Source of the DNA: Pyrobaculum aerophilum str. IM2
GTDB lineage: Archaea > Thermoproteota > Thermoprotei > Thermoproteales > Thermoproteaceae
Assembly: GCF_000007225.1 (NCBI RefSeq)
Contig: NC_003364.1
Span: 840,001 to 872,000, forward strand
Direction of reading: 5' to 3'
DNA length: 32,000 bases
The notes under the pieces are model-generated. The model had not been told where the DNA came from and searched no databases. It was given only the letters and a program-made list of their open reading frames with translations. Shown here piece by piece: positions 23,992-32,000 of this stretch. The stretch's first letter is position 1; each line of letters opens with the position of its first letter. A program made the position numbers and the translations under genes.

Positions 23992-24811
23992 GAGTAGGGC
24001 CCAGGAGGCCTCCCGCAGGCGCAACCAGATAGTGCCTTTCTTGAATATTTATATAACTATACTCTTACGCCTCTAAAAATCTTTAGCCATTGACTGATCT
24101 CTTGTAGCCCCTTGGGCACCAACCAAGTCACCTTTGAGGGATGTTGTCCGTATTGGATCTCAAGCTGGGAAATGCCTGTGGTAATGTTGTAACTAAGATT
24201 CATTACAGATTGCCAATTCATATCAACGTGGCAACGCGCCTCTCGGCCAGCCTCATCGGGCTTAAAACAGTAGAGGCGCCGTCCGACGAAGAGATTTACA
24301 AGGCGGCGATACGCGGACCCTCCGCTGTTTCCCGCATGCGCTTTACAATGGCCGAGGACTACGTCTACAGAAACATCACCGTGGAGAGGGGGCCGCTGGA
24401 CGCTAGTGGAAGCTATCGCCCGCGTTGTGGATCTGAGGTACGAGTTCGTGAAGGGAGATCAGCCCGTGGATCAGTGAGCTGGAAAGGACTGCCGTCCGCG
24501 CATTATCGTAGAATATGAAGTGCACAGCGGCGAGAGGAAACAGTTCAAATGGAGTGGTACTGGAAAAAGCGACGGGTAAAGAGACGCAAAACAATAATGA
24601 CGCACTATTACGAAACAGCGCGGCCGACGGTCAAAGACGACGCAGAGGCCGCCGTGTTGAAGGCGCTGACTGGCAAGGCGAAAAAAGGCGAAATGCACCT
24701 CCTCGCCGACCAGTTTGACGCCCTGCGCCGGTTCAAACCGCTAAAAGACGCCGTAGACCAGCGGGGAGGGGGAAACCGAAATAATTATTTACAACTCCTA
24801 ACGAAAGCGCC

Positions 24812-25492
24812 ATGGGCTATGTCTCAAACAAAGCTAAAATCTTGGCGAAGTACGTCTCCCCAGATGCGTACATATACGGGCCGTCAGTCATCGGCGCCGG
24901 GAGTTTTATTGACGCCGCCGTGATCGGCTATCCCGCCCGCCAGAAAATTCTTAGCGGGTTTAAATCCCCTGACGAGGTCAGCAACGGGGCGAGGATAGGG
25001 GAGGAGGTCATTATTAGAAGCGGCGTTGTGATATATGAAGACGTGGAAATAGGCGACAGGGCCGAGTTTGGACACGGCGTTTTAGTAAGAGAGTTAACAA
25101 GAATAGGGCGCGGGGTGAGAATCGGCACCAGCGCCATAATAGAGCGCGATGTTAAAATAGGCGACAGGGCGTGGATTCAGTCTATGGTGTACATCCCCAA
25201 CGGCACTGTTATAGAGGAGGACGTCTTTATAGGGCCAAATGCCGTCATTACAAACGACAAGTACCCTCCCAGCAAGAGGCTCGCCCCAGTGGTAATTAGG
25301 CGGGGCGCTGTGATTGGGGCCAACGCGACTTTAATAGCAGGTATTGAAGTCGGAGAGGGCGCTGTCGTGGCCGCAGGGGCCGTCGTGACGAGAGACGTCC
25401 CGCCGGGGGTTGTGGTCGCCGGCGTCCCCGCCCGGGTTATTGGAAAGGCGGAGGAGTATATGAGGAAGCGGGCGGCTTACGAGCAGTCGTGA
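24812..25492 (+). CDS. hexapeptide-repeat (left-handed beta-helix) acyl/acetyltransferase
   Basis: It has a repeated [LIV]-G-x-x-x-x periodicity throughout ([31 protein letters not shown]...[44 protein letters not shown]). An AATAATTATTTA box lies about 24 nt upstream of the ATG. Confidence 0.8.
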   Translation: MGYVSNKAKILAKYVSPDAYIYGPSVIGAGSFIDAAVIGYPARQKILSGFKSPDEVSNGARIGEEVIIRSGVVIYEDVEIGDRAEFGHGVLVRELTRIGRGVRIGTSAIIERDVKIGDRAWIQSMVYIPNGTVIEEDVFIGPNAVITNDKYPPSKRLAPVVIRRGAVIGANATLIAGIEVGEGAVVAAGAVVTRDVPPGVVVAGVPARVIGKAEEYMRKRAAYEQS

Positions 25493-25532
25493 CCGCCGGC
25501 GTTAAAACCGGCGCCTCCTCCTTTGGATTCGC

Positions 25533-26480
25533 CTACGCCAGCTCTTCTGCTATTGCCGTAATGAGCTCTACTGCGTGTTTTAAGTCCTCCTTGTGCGCCA
25601 TTTCAACAGGGGAATGGGAGTACTTAGTGAGTATTCCTATGGCCACTGACGGCACTCCCGTGACGAAAAAGGCCGCGGCGTCTGTCCCGCCGCCTCCCGC
25701 CCCTATTTGTATGGGTATCCCCCTCTTTTTAGCTATCTCCAACACCCTTTTAGCCAGTTTGTTGTTATAAGCGCCGTAGTTGTCAAATATCCTCAACACC
25801 GGACCGTTCCCCGGCTTCACGCCCCCAGTCCAGTTGGGGTGGCAACAGGCTGTGGTGTCTACAACCACGGCGTATTTCACGTCGAGGTGGTTTGCAATAG
25901 CCCTGGCCCCCATTAGGCCGACCTCCTCCTGGACGCTCCACACGAAAGTTCCCGGGGCGCCTCTTTTATACGCCTCAATTAACGCCCAACATCCGGCCCT
26001 GTCGTCTAGCGCCGTGGCGGAGACGTATTTCCCCACTTCGGCGTACCTCCTGGAAAAGGCGGCGGGCGTCATCGGCGACACCCCCAGGGCCTCGGCCTCT
26101 TGTCTGCTGGAAACCCCAATGTCGATGAAAAGTTCTTGCCACGAAATTTGTTGTTGCTGTTGCTGGAAGTGAGGCGGGGCAATGCCGATTACGCCCTCAA
26201 CTCTGAGCCCATCGCCGTATAAAACCACTGAGGAGCCGGGCAGAATTTTGTCGTCAATGCCCCCCACTTTCCTAAACTTGAGGCGGCCGTCTTCCTCTAT
26301 GTTAGTGACGAGGAGGCCCACCTCGTCCATATGGGCCACGAAGGCCACTTTAGAGCCCCTAACCACCACGTTGCCGAACTCGTCCACTTCCGCCCCGCCC
26401 ACTGCGTCGAGAATTCTCCGCCTGACCTCCTCCTCAAACCCAGAAACCCCCAGGGCCTTGGTGAGAGTTTCTAAATCCAT
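25533..26480 (-). CDS. M42-family metallo-aminopeptidase (FrvX/TET/endoglucanase-like)
   Basis: FVAHMDEVGLLVTNIEEDGRLKFRKVGGID is the typical M42 N-terminal metal-binding region. Further matches are DDRAGC, QEEVGLMGA and the C-terminal YSHSPVEM. It contains an unusual Q6 run. Confidence 0.8.
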   Translation of the reverse strand: MDLETLTKALGVSGFEEEVRRRILDAVGGAEVDEFGNVVVRGSKVAFVAHMDEVGLLVTNIEEDGRLKFRKVGGIDDKILPGSSVVLYGDGLRVEGVIGIAPPHFQQQQQQISWQELFIDIGVSSRQEAEALGVSPMTPAAFSRRYAEVGKYVSATALDDRAGCWALIEAYKRGAPGTFVWSVQEEVGLMGARAIANHLDVKYAVVVDTTACCHPNWTGGVKPGNGPVLRIFDNYGAYNNKLAKRVLEIAKKRGIPIQIGAGGGGTDAAAFFVTGVPSVAIGILTKYSHSPVEMAHKEDLKHAVELITAIAEELA

Positions 26481-26540
26481 GTGGGTCAGAAATCACTGTA
26501 TTATACATTTTTCGTTATATACCGCTTTCTATAACTAATC

Positions 26541-27206
26541 ATGCCGTATCACATCCGCGCCAAGCCTGAGGACGTTGCGCCTGTGGTAATAGGCGTGGGC
26601 GACCCCGCCAGGGCGAAACTATTCGCCTCCCTTATGGAAGAGGCCGTATTAGTAAACGAGCACAGATACCCAGTCTACACCGGCAGGGCCGCCGGCAAGA
26701 GGATCACCGTGGTTGCCCACGGCATAGGAGGCCCCTCTGCGGCGATAGCAATAGAGGAGTTGAAAATGTTGGGGATGGAAGTCTTTGTTAGAGTGGGCAC
26801 CGCCGGCTCTTTGGGGGATTTAAACGTGGGCGACGTCGTAGTCGCCGCCGCGGCCGCCGCGCCGACGGGAGGCGTATTAGGCGCATACTACCCTGGCTTT
26901 AACCCGCCGCTGGCCGCAGACCCCGGCCTGACTCTTAAACTCGCCGAGGCGCTCCGGGCGCGGGTAGGGTATGTGGTGTCAAGCGACGCCTTTTACGCAG
27001 AGGATCCCAACTTCGCCGAGTTTTGGAAGAGGCGGGGCGCCCTGGCGGTGGAGATGGAGTGCGCCGCGGCAATGGCCCTCGGCTGGCTCAGGGGGTTTAA
27101 AACTGGATGCGTGCTGGTCATATCAAACGTCGTGGGGAGGCACGAGGCGGTGGACTTAAGGGAGAAATTCACAGAAGTCTTTAAAAAAATAGTAGAGGTT
27201 TTATGA
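26541..27206 (+). CDS. PNP/UDP family 1 nucleoside phosphorylase (uridine/purine/MTA phosphorylase-like)
   Basis: GVGDPARAKLFA, HGIGGPSAAIAIEEL, RVGTAGSL and EMECAA are the family signature blocks. Length is 221 aa. Confidence 0.8.
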   Translation: MPYHIRAKPEDVAPVVIGVGDPARAKLFASLMEEAVLVNEHRYPVYTGRAAGKRITVVAHGIGGPSAAIAIEELKMLGMEVFVRVGTAGSLGDLNVGDVVVAAAAAAPTGGVLGAYYPGFNPPLAADPGLTLKLAEALRARVGYVVSSDAFYAEDPNFAEFWKRRGALAVEMECAAAMALGWLRGFKTGCVLVISNVVGRHEAVDLREKFTEVFKKIVEVL

Positions 27207-28841
27207 CCGCGGCGGAATATAGGCGTGTACAAGCGGCACGGGCACATCGTAGTAATTATCCGCCATTTTAATGTAGTAATTCTTATACTCATAATAATAC
27301 GGCGCCCACGGCACTGCATATTTGGCCTCCAGATCAACTAGTGCGTAGTAATTGAATATATCAAGTCTCGTCGTCCCCACGTATATTCCTACGCTGAGCG
27401 AGTTAAGAGCCAGTGAGACGTGTGGCGGCAACACAATGCCAAATCTTTTTAATATGACCCAGTCTGCAATGGCGCCTACGGGAAGCGCTATTTGAAAGTA
27501 AGTGCTACTCTGCGACGTGGCAGCCAAAGTATACCAAGAAACGTAGTAGTGGCTAACTGGATAAAGACTTTGTACAACTACTCTATCAACCTTGCCCTTT
27601 GCGAATAGTTCCAGTGTTGATGAGTATATCTTGTCCAGCGGCCCAACACCGTCGTTTGGATTATCGTCAACTTCTGCGTAGGGGAGGAAGTAATCTGAAC
27701 CCCAAATTCCGGCCAGCCACACGCCCCACGCCTCTACAGACGTGGGAGACCAGCTACCACAAAATACGGCTCCGTAGTAACTTATGTAACACCACCGCTC
27801 TTCCAATACGTACTTAACAGCTCTTATATCGCCGGTAAGCCCCGTGGCCAGAAGTGCGTCGCCAGTAAAGGTAGAGCTTACTGGTGTAAAGACGGAGGTT
27901 CCGTAATAACACAACGCACTATAAGAGGGTCTAAAATGGCATGATAAATCGAGTATTTCTTTCTGCTGATCCTGGCCGAGCACAATTTCAAAACCGGGCC
28001 CTGGCGCCTCTATTTCAAAATCATTGTTGTTAAATATCGCCATAGACATTTCAAAGGACAAAGTGGTAGTTGTCGTTGTGCTAAGAGAGATATAATGTTT
28101 GTGATCTATATTCTCTATGAAGTTACCGCTATAGCTGTCTACATACGTAATCAGCAACGGTACTCCCTCTGTCGACGCGTACGTCTCCGCGACGCGGTAT
28201 CTGTAACACGTAACAAAGCCGATTGGCGCAGTACATCCAACATCTATAGTTTCTGGCGGTTCGCTTTGGACTCTGTAAATGGATGCATCTGTATACGCGG
28301 CGACGCCCCTCTCTGTGGCTGTGGCGTTTAGCTTTACTTTAAACCTCGGCTTGAATTTTATCTTGGCGACTATCTCCCTGCCCACTGCCTCGCCTGGCCC
28401 CACTGGTATAGTGATTATGTCCGTGAGGAGGTACGTATCGTTGCCCTCTCTTTCAACTGTTGTGACGAAGGCCACTATGCCGAATCTCACCTCGTTAGGT
28501 TTGTAGCCCAGTTTCTTCGCCAGCTTTGCCGCCTCGGCCACGTACTTACTAATTGCCGCCCGCGCTCTGCCCTTCCCTTTTGCCACGCCTATGTCCTCAA
28601 ACCTCTCCATTGTGGGGCCGCTTAGAAATGCGGTGAAATTCACCGGCTGGCCTCTCTCGTCCACTACTTCAAGGACGAGAGTAGTATTCCCGTCACGAGA
28701 TTCTGACAAATACACGGCGACTCTGCCGTCTTTACTTACGTAGTAAGGCACCTCACTAACGGTCGCCTGTACCACTAGAAGATACGCCACAACTGCAACT
28801 GCCGCAAACGCCAGCGCCCCCAAAGCGGCTTTGATACCCAT
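27201..28841 (-). CDS. large signal-anchored extracellular protein, aromatic-rich, function unknown
   Basis: 546 aa with an N-terminal hydrophobic anchor (MGIKAALGALAFAAVAVVAYLLVV). The body is Y/W-rich and beta-rich, with a T6 run and NxS/T sites. An AAGCTTTAAAAAAGG box lies about 20-27 nt upstream of the ATG at 28841. Confidence 0.65.
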   Translation of the reverse strand: MGIKAALGALAFAAVAVVAYLLVVQATVSEVPYYVSKDGRVAVYLSESRDGNTTLVLEVVDERGQPVNFTAFLSGPTMERFEDIGVAKGKGRARAAISKYVAEAAKLAKKLGYKPNEVRFGIVAFVTTVEREGNDTYLLTDIITIPVGPGEAVGREIVAKIKFKPRFKVKLNATATERGVAAYTDASIYRVQSEPPETIDVGCTAPIGFVTCYRYRVAETYASTEGVPLLITYVDSYSGNFIENIDHKHYISLSTTTTTTLSFEMSMAIFNNNDFEIEAPGPGFEIVLGQDQQKEILDLSCHFRPSYSALCYYGTSVFTPVSSTFTGDALLATGLTGDIRAVKYVLEERWCYISYYGAVFCGSWSPTSVEAWGVWLAGIWGSDYFLPYAEVDDNPNDGVGPLDKIYSSTLELFAKGKVDRVVVQSLYPVSHYYVSWYTLAATSQSSTYFQIALPVGAIADWVILKRFGIVLPPHVSLALNSLSVGIYVGTTRLDIFNYYALVDLEAKYAVPWAPYYYEYKNYYIKMADNYYDVPVPLVHAYIPPRS

Positions 28842-29053
28842 GCAAGCCAGAACTCCTTTTTTAAAGCTTTACTCTCCCGACAAATAGCTGACAGGAGGCC
28901 TTTTTGCTAAGTGATGGCATGTCGAAGACGGGGCGCGCCACGTCGACGGCCTAAGCCGTGAGGTATGTCGGCGATTACTAGTCCAGGCGATCTCGCCTTT
29001 TTTAATGCCACGGATTGGGGCGGGCGCGGTTTATGGAGGCCATCTCGGCCGTT

Positions 29054-29383
29054 TTAACCCTCCTTTGACGTCTTTATCGGACTTAGGCTAGTTACTCCGG
29101 AGCTGGGACTCCCGCGACTAAAGCGCCTAGAGACAACAAATTCCTCGTAGTCTCTTAGGCACTCTTGGCAGAGGGCTAGCTCTACGGCTTCGCCTATTCT
29201 GAGATAGCCGACATTGCTGTAGTCTAGTTTTTTTCCGCATAAGTCGCAACGGACGTCGAAAGCCGTGAGGAATAGTTTCAGTTCAGTTTCAGTTATTTGG
29301 CTGTAGTGATAGCCCCCAGTTTTAAAAAGCCGTTTTTTCCGGTTTTTTAAAAGTTTTAGTGAACTCTCTCTGAGTGTCTTCAC
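29054..29383 (-). CDS. small zinc-binding (CxxC...CxxC) protein; start uncertain
   Basis: The core is RCDLCGKKLDYSNVGYLRIGEAVELALCQECLRDYEEF. I prefer the GTG at 29383 because the ORF-track N-terminal extension (to 29533) overlaps the divergent membrane gene and is compositionally poor. Confidence 0.4.
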   Translation of the reverse strand: MKTLRESSLKLLKNRKKRLFKTGGYHYSQITETELKLFLTAFDVRCDLCGKKLDYSNVGYLRIGEAVELALCQECLRDYEEFVVSRRFSRGSPSSGVTSLSPIKTSKEG

Positions 29384-29427
29384 GATTATATAAAAGATTT
29401 TTAAGAGACTTAAGGCTGAATCGCCGC

Positions 29428-30267
29428 GTGTTTGAGCTACTAAAATACGGGGGGGCCATTGCGCTTGGTTACGCGTTGGGGAAGGCCCTTCGGAGGAGGC
29501 CGCCCCAGTGGGTCTTCGCGTTTGTAGTGGCACTGTTAGTATTTTTCGTGGCGGCTAACGCCTCGCCGATCATATCTGTTAATTTAGGCGGGTTTGTGGC
29601 CGTATCGCTCCTCTACGCCTTAGCGCTGGTATTTGCCTCAGCTCTGTTGGGATCGCTAATTGATAGAACAAGCGGCGGCGAAACAGCTCAACGCCCTGTT
29701 ATTTCGCTGTACGCGCTGTCGGCCTTAATTGCAGGCCTTATAACTGGACACTTCGTGAGGCTTAACTACTCCGTTGCCGTCGACCCGCTACTCTTATTTC
29801 TCTTATTAGTGGCAGGGGCTGATATGGCTTGGGTCCCTCTTAGGCTTGAGAAGTCAATGCTGGCGTCGCCTGCGATTTCCCTAGCGTCTGCGGCGGCGGT
29901 GGCGCCTATATTCACGTTGTTCTTCGGCATTACTCCGGCCGTCGCGTTCGGCTTGGGGTGGTACAGCTTCGCCGGGCCGTATTTGGCGGGGGCGGGAGAC
30001 GCCGTTGGAGGCGCGTACGGGCTGTTGGTGAACTTCCTCAGAGAACAGCTCACATTTACCCTAGCCCCCGTGCTGGCCATGCGCTTTGGGAAAGCGGGTA
30101 TTTTAGCCATGGGGGGAGCCACCACTATGGACACCACCCTCCCGCTGTACACCGCTCTGTACGGCTCCGCCTTTTCGCTCTATGCCTTTACAAACGGAGT
30201 ATTATTAACTCTAATAGTGCCGATACTTCTCCCATTAGTTCATCAATTATATACTTCAATTATATAA
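29428..30267 (+). CDS. polytopic membrane protein, probably DUF340/LysO (lysine exporter) family
   Basis: GLGWYSFAGPYLAGAG...LVNFLREQL...GGATTMDTTLPLY resembles the conserved C-terminal blocks of the LysO/DUF340 family as I recall them. The start could be the GTG at 29428, downstream of the TTATATAAAAG box at 29386-29396. The track start is 29374. Confidence 0.5.
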   Translation: MFELLKYGGAIALGYALGKALRRRPPQWVFAFVVALLVFFVAANASPIISVNLGGFVAVSLLYALALVFASALLGSLIDRTSGGETAQRPVISLYALSALIAGLITGHFVRLNYSVAVDPLLLFLLLVAGADMAWVPLRLEKSMLASPAISLASAAAVAPIFTLFFGITPAVAFGLGWYSFAGPYLAGAGDAVGGAYGLLVNFLREQLTFTLAPVLAMRFGKAGILAMGGATTMDTTLPLYTALYGSAFSLYAFTNGVLLTLIVPILLPLVHQLYTSII

Positions 30268-30313
30268 AGAGAGGTACAACGGCAAGGAGTTAAATATAGA
30301 CAGATTTCTGCCA

Positions 30314-30472
30314 ATGGTACGAGTGCGGGACGTCTTGGGCATCTCCGCCGCCGCGTTAATTCGCTATGGGGTTAACCCTGATGACGACGTGGCACGCGCC
30401 ATTGATATACTTGAGTTAAAGGCGCCCCATTTGGCAAAGCTGTTGAGGTCTATTGCTAACGGTGCAGCGTAA
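30314..30472 (+). CDS. unlisted 52-aa protein (MVRVRDVLGISAAALIRYGVNPDDDVARAIDILELKAPHLAKLLRSIANGAA); paralogue of 11844..12002
   Basis: ATG start with a TAAATATAGA box about 19 nt upstream and a TAA stop. It has the same length as the 11844..12002 product and aligns to it without gaps, sharing the blocks V+DVLG, RYGVxPDDD and KAPHLA. Confidence 0.6.
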   Translation: MVRVRDVLGISAAALIRYGVNPDDDVARAIDILELKAPHLAKLLRSIANGAA

Positions 30473-30481
30473 TGCCTCCGC

Positions 30482-31051
30482 CTACTGCGCCTGCCGCCAC
30501 CTGGGGGTAAAGCTGTGTTTCACGCCGAGGGCGTCTAGGACTCTGCCTGCGAACGTCGTTACCAGCTCCTCAAGCGTCTTTGGCCTTGTGTAAAACCCCG
30601 GGGCTGCTGGCATGACAATGGCCCCGGCCATAGTGGCCAGTTCCATATTTCTAATGTGCACCAGGGAGAGGGGGCTTTCCCTGATTACTAACACCACGCG
30701 CCTCCTTTCCTTAAGCCCAACCTCGGCGGCTCTCGTGATGAGATTTAGCGTGATGCCGTTAGCTATCGCCGCGAGGGTCTTTGTGGAACACGGCACAATA
30801 GCCACCGCGTCTATTGGATAACTGCCGGAAGCCGGGGGGGCCGTCATGTCGTGCTCATCCCAGACGTAATCTGCAAGCGACTTCACCTCCTCCACGTCGT
30901 AATCGGTCTCCAGGCGCATGACTCTTTCCGCCGTTTTAGAAATCGACAAGTGGACCTCGACCCCCGCCTTTTTCAACAACTCCAGCACTTTAACGCCGTA
31001 AATCACCCCCGAGGCCCCAGTTATGCCGAGGAAGACTCTAGATATATACAT
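30482..31051 (-). CDS. ubiX: flavin prenyltransferase UbiX/Pad1 family
   Basis: MYISRVFLGITGASGVIYGVKVLELL..., PCSTKTLAAIANGITLNLITRAAEVGLKERRRVVLVIRESPL...HIRNM...GAIVMPAAPGFY are characteristic UbiX blocks. I prefer the ATG at 31051 over the TTG at 31066. Confidence 0.88.
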   Translation of the reverse strand: MYISRVFLGITGASGVIYGVKVLELLKKAGVEVHLSISKTAERVMRLETDYDVEEVKSLADYVWDEHDMTAPPASGSYPIDAVAIVPCSTKTLAAIANGITLNLITRAAEVGLKERRRVVLVIRESPLSLVHIRNMELATMAGAIVMPAAPGFYTRPKTLEELVTTFAGRVLDALGVKHSFTPRWRQAQ

Positions 31052-31748
31052 ACACCTCGTTGTCAATCACAACGCCGTCGTCTGTTTCCCTGCCGCCGTG
31101 GAGCAGATATATCTCCTTCTTCGCCACTTTCACCTCGCGCCTCTGTACAGGCGGGAGAGACGCCGCGCTCTTTAAAATATCCGCCACTTGGTGGGTAAGG
31201 ACGTGGAAATCCCTCGGGGGTATTCTAAACACAAGGCCGTGGCTGTATTTAAGCGTAAAGGCTCCTTCTGGGGTGTGGGGCGACGGCGTTATCCTCCTGA
31301 CGGTTAATACCTGAGCCGCCGCCTCGGTGGTGGCTGCGATTTCAAACTCCTTTCCCCCCAGGAACACCGCCACTACTCTGGGCCTCGCCTTGTGGTAAAA
31401 CGCCGTGATCTCCCTCGCCTCCGCAGTCCTCAGCGTAAGGAAGTCAAAGTATGGATCTGCACCGTCTAAGCTTACTACGGCGCCATTAAAAGCCCTTTCG
31501 TTCACCACGGGCGCGGCCGCTGTAGGGGGCAGATCCACTACGCCTTTTTTCCACTGGTATATCAAAAGGGCCAAGAAGTTGACCGCAGGCCAGTCGTCTG
31601 GGCGGAATCCAGAGAGGGACAGAACTGCCTCACTGCCGCTGCCGAATATCAGCGGCCCGCCCCCCAATAGAGAGGACAGCAGAGCCCGCACGTAACTCAC
31701 GCATGTGGTATTTGACGTCAGCGCCTTGTAGGGGTGGAGGAAATACAT
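31038..31748 (-). CDS. hypothetical protein (236 aa) whose 3' end overlaps the ubiX start
   Basis: The ATG at 31748 has an ATTTTTATAAC box (31768-31778) 20-30 nt upstream. I recognise no motif. The 14-nt overlap with ubiX suggests co-transcription. Confidence 0.5.
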   Translation of the reverse strand: MYFLHPYKALTSNTTCVSYVRALLSSLLGGGPLIFGSGSEAVLSLSGFRPDDWPAVNFLALLIYQWKKGVVDLPPTAAAPVVNERAFNGAVVSLDGADPYFDFLTLRTAEAREITAFYHKARPRVVAVFLGGKEFEIAATTEAAAQVLTVRRITPSPHTPEGAFTLKYSHGLVFRIPPRDFHVLTHQVADILKSAASLPPVQRREVKVAKKEIYLLHGGRETDDGVVIDNEVYVYI

Positions 31749-31767
31749 AAGGAGAGAGTATTAACCC

Positions 31768-31798
31768 GTTATAAAAATCTGCGTGAAGTATATAATAA
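31768..31798. promoter_or_regulatory. divergent promoter pair (two TATA-like boxes)
   Basis: The minus-strand box ATTTTTATAAC (31768-31778) serves the ATG at 31748. The plus-strand box GTATATAATAA (31788-31798) serves the ATG at 31816. Confidence 0.45.
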
Positions 31799-31815
31799 CA
31801 AGTCGCAATATCCAC

Positions 31816-32000
31816 ATGCCCAGGAAGAAGAACAAAGTGCCGCTGGAGAGAGTCTCTTTGAGATTTCCCTCCGAGTTGCTAGTGAGAATGGACCGCCTTA
31901 TAGAAAGGGGTCTGTTCAAAAGCAGAAGTCACTTGGTTAAAGAGGCCTTGAAGGAGCTGTTAAAAGATCCCAAATACCAAGAGGCCTTAAGAGAGGAGGA
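31816..32000 (+). CDS. ribbon-helix-helix (CopG/NikR-N-like) regulator, 3' end cut by the window edge
   Basis: MPRKKNKVPLERVSLRFPSELLVRMDRLIERGLFKSRSHLVKEALKELL is a paralogue in pattern of the 15393..15623 product (MPR.K...vS+..P...L..+D.L+.RG+F..RS...+.AL++LL). It is not in the ORF track, and the listed 31734..31940 ORF is in another frame. Confidence 0.65.
   Translation, partial: MPRKKNKVPLERVSLRFPSELLVRMDRLIERGLFKSRSHLVKEALKELLKDPKYQEALREE

Noticed and set aside
24549-24923. 124-aa ORF treated as an intact gene
   Set aside because: Its first 16 codons are K/R-rich junk, and its last 37 codons overlap the hexapeptide transferase in another frame. Only its middle part looks protein-like, so I treated it as part of a decayed region.
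25489-26538. Plus-strand ORFs 25489..25770, 25707..25916, 25780..26172 and 26182..26538
   Set aside because: All are antisense to the well-supported M42 aminopeptidase gene, and their composition is P/S/T-rich and non-protein-like.
29384-29533. N-terminal 50-codon extension of the 29054..29533 minus-strand ORF
   Set aside because: The extension is P/R/S/T/A-rich, overlaps the divergent LysO-like gene and spans the shared A/T promoter tract. The zinc-ribbon core begins well downstream.
31734-31940. 68-aa plus-strand ORF listed in the track
   Set aside because: It begins inside the upstream gene's start region and has no motif. It is out of frame with the clearly RHH-like reading that starts at the ATG at 31816, so I preferred the RHH frame.
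1-32000. Search for CRISPR arrays, long tandem repeats, IS-element terminal inverted repeats and rRNA
   Set aside because: Reading by eye showed no regularly spaced direct repeats, no transposase-like ORF and no rRNA-like sequence. A computed repeat search could still find short elements I missed.

Overview
The window looks like a chromosomal segment from a hyperthermophilic crenarchaeon, probably of the Thermoproteales (Pyrobaculum/Thermoproteus-like). This assignment is an inference from an archaeal-type PheS alpha subunit and NMN adenylyltransferase, A/T-rich TATA-like boxes about 20-30 nt upstream of most start codons (leaderless mRNAs), frequent ATGA start/stop overlaps, and many signal-anchored NxS/T-rich surface proteins. 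Confidently recognised genes: tRNA-Arg(UCU), CstA-family transporter, ArsA/Get3-like ATPase, NMNAT (nadM), pheS, two ribbon-helix-helix regulators, a hexapeptide-repeat acyltransferase, an M42 aminopeptidase, a PNP/UDP-family nucleoside phosphorylase, UbiX, and a probable LysO/DUF340 membrane protein. The rest are lineage-specific membrane, secreted and coiled-coil proteins. Main points from the hunt: (1) A small candidate defence islet at 22.3-24.0 kb holds an EVE/PUA-like reader domain fused to a PD-(D/E)xK-like nuclease domain, a paralogous stand-alone nuclease-like gene and a zinc ribbon. (2) Two otherwise intact genes, the EVE-nuclease and a CPBP/CAAX protease, are each interrupted by exactly one in-frame TAG. 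(3) A gapless 52-aa paralogue pair lies below the ORF-track cutoff. (4) A roughly 240-bp tract of about 16% G+C with flanking inverted repeats could be an origin unwinding element or an island junction. (5) A translationally coupled three-gene ArsA-like operon is present. (6) Several ORF-poor or multi-frameshifted stretches (2.4-2.9, 8.9-9.9, 20.8-22.3 and 24.0-24.8 kb) suggest gene decay or unrecognised RNAs. I saw no CRISPR array, rRNA or intact transposase. All functional calls rest on motif recognition by eye; no searches were run.
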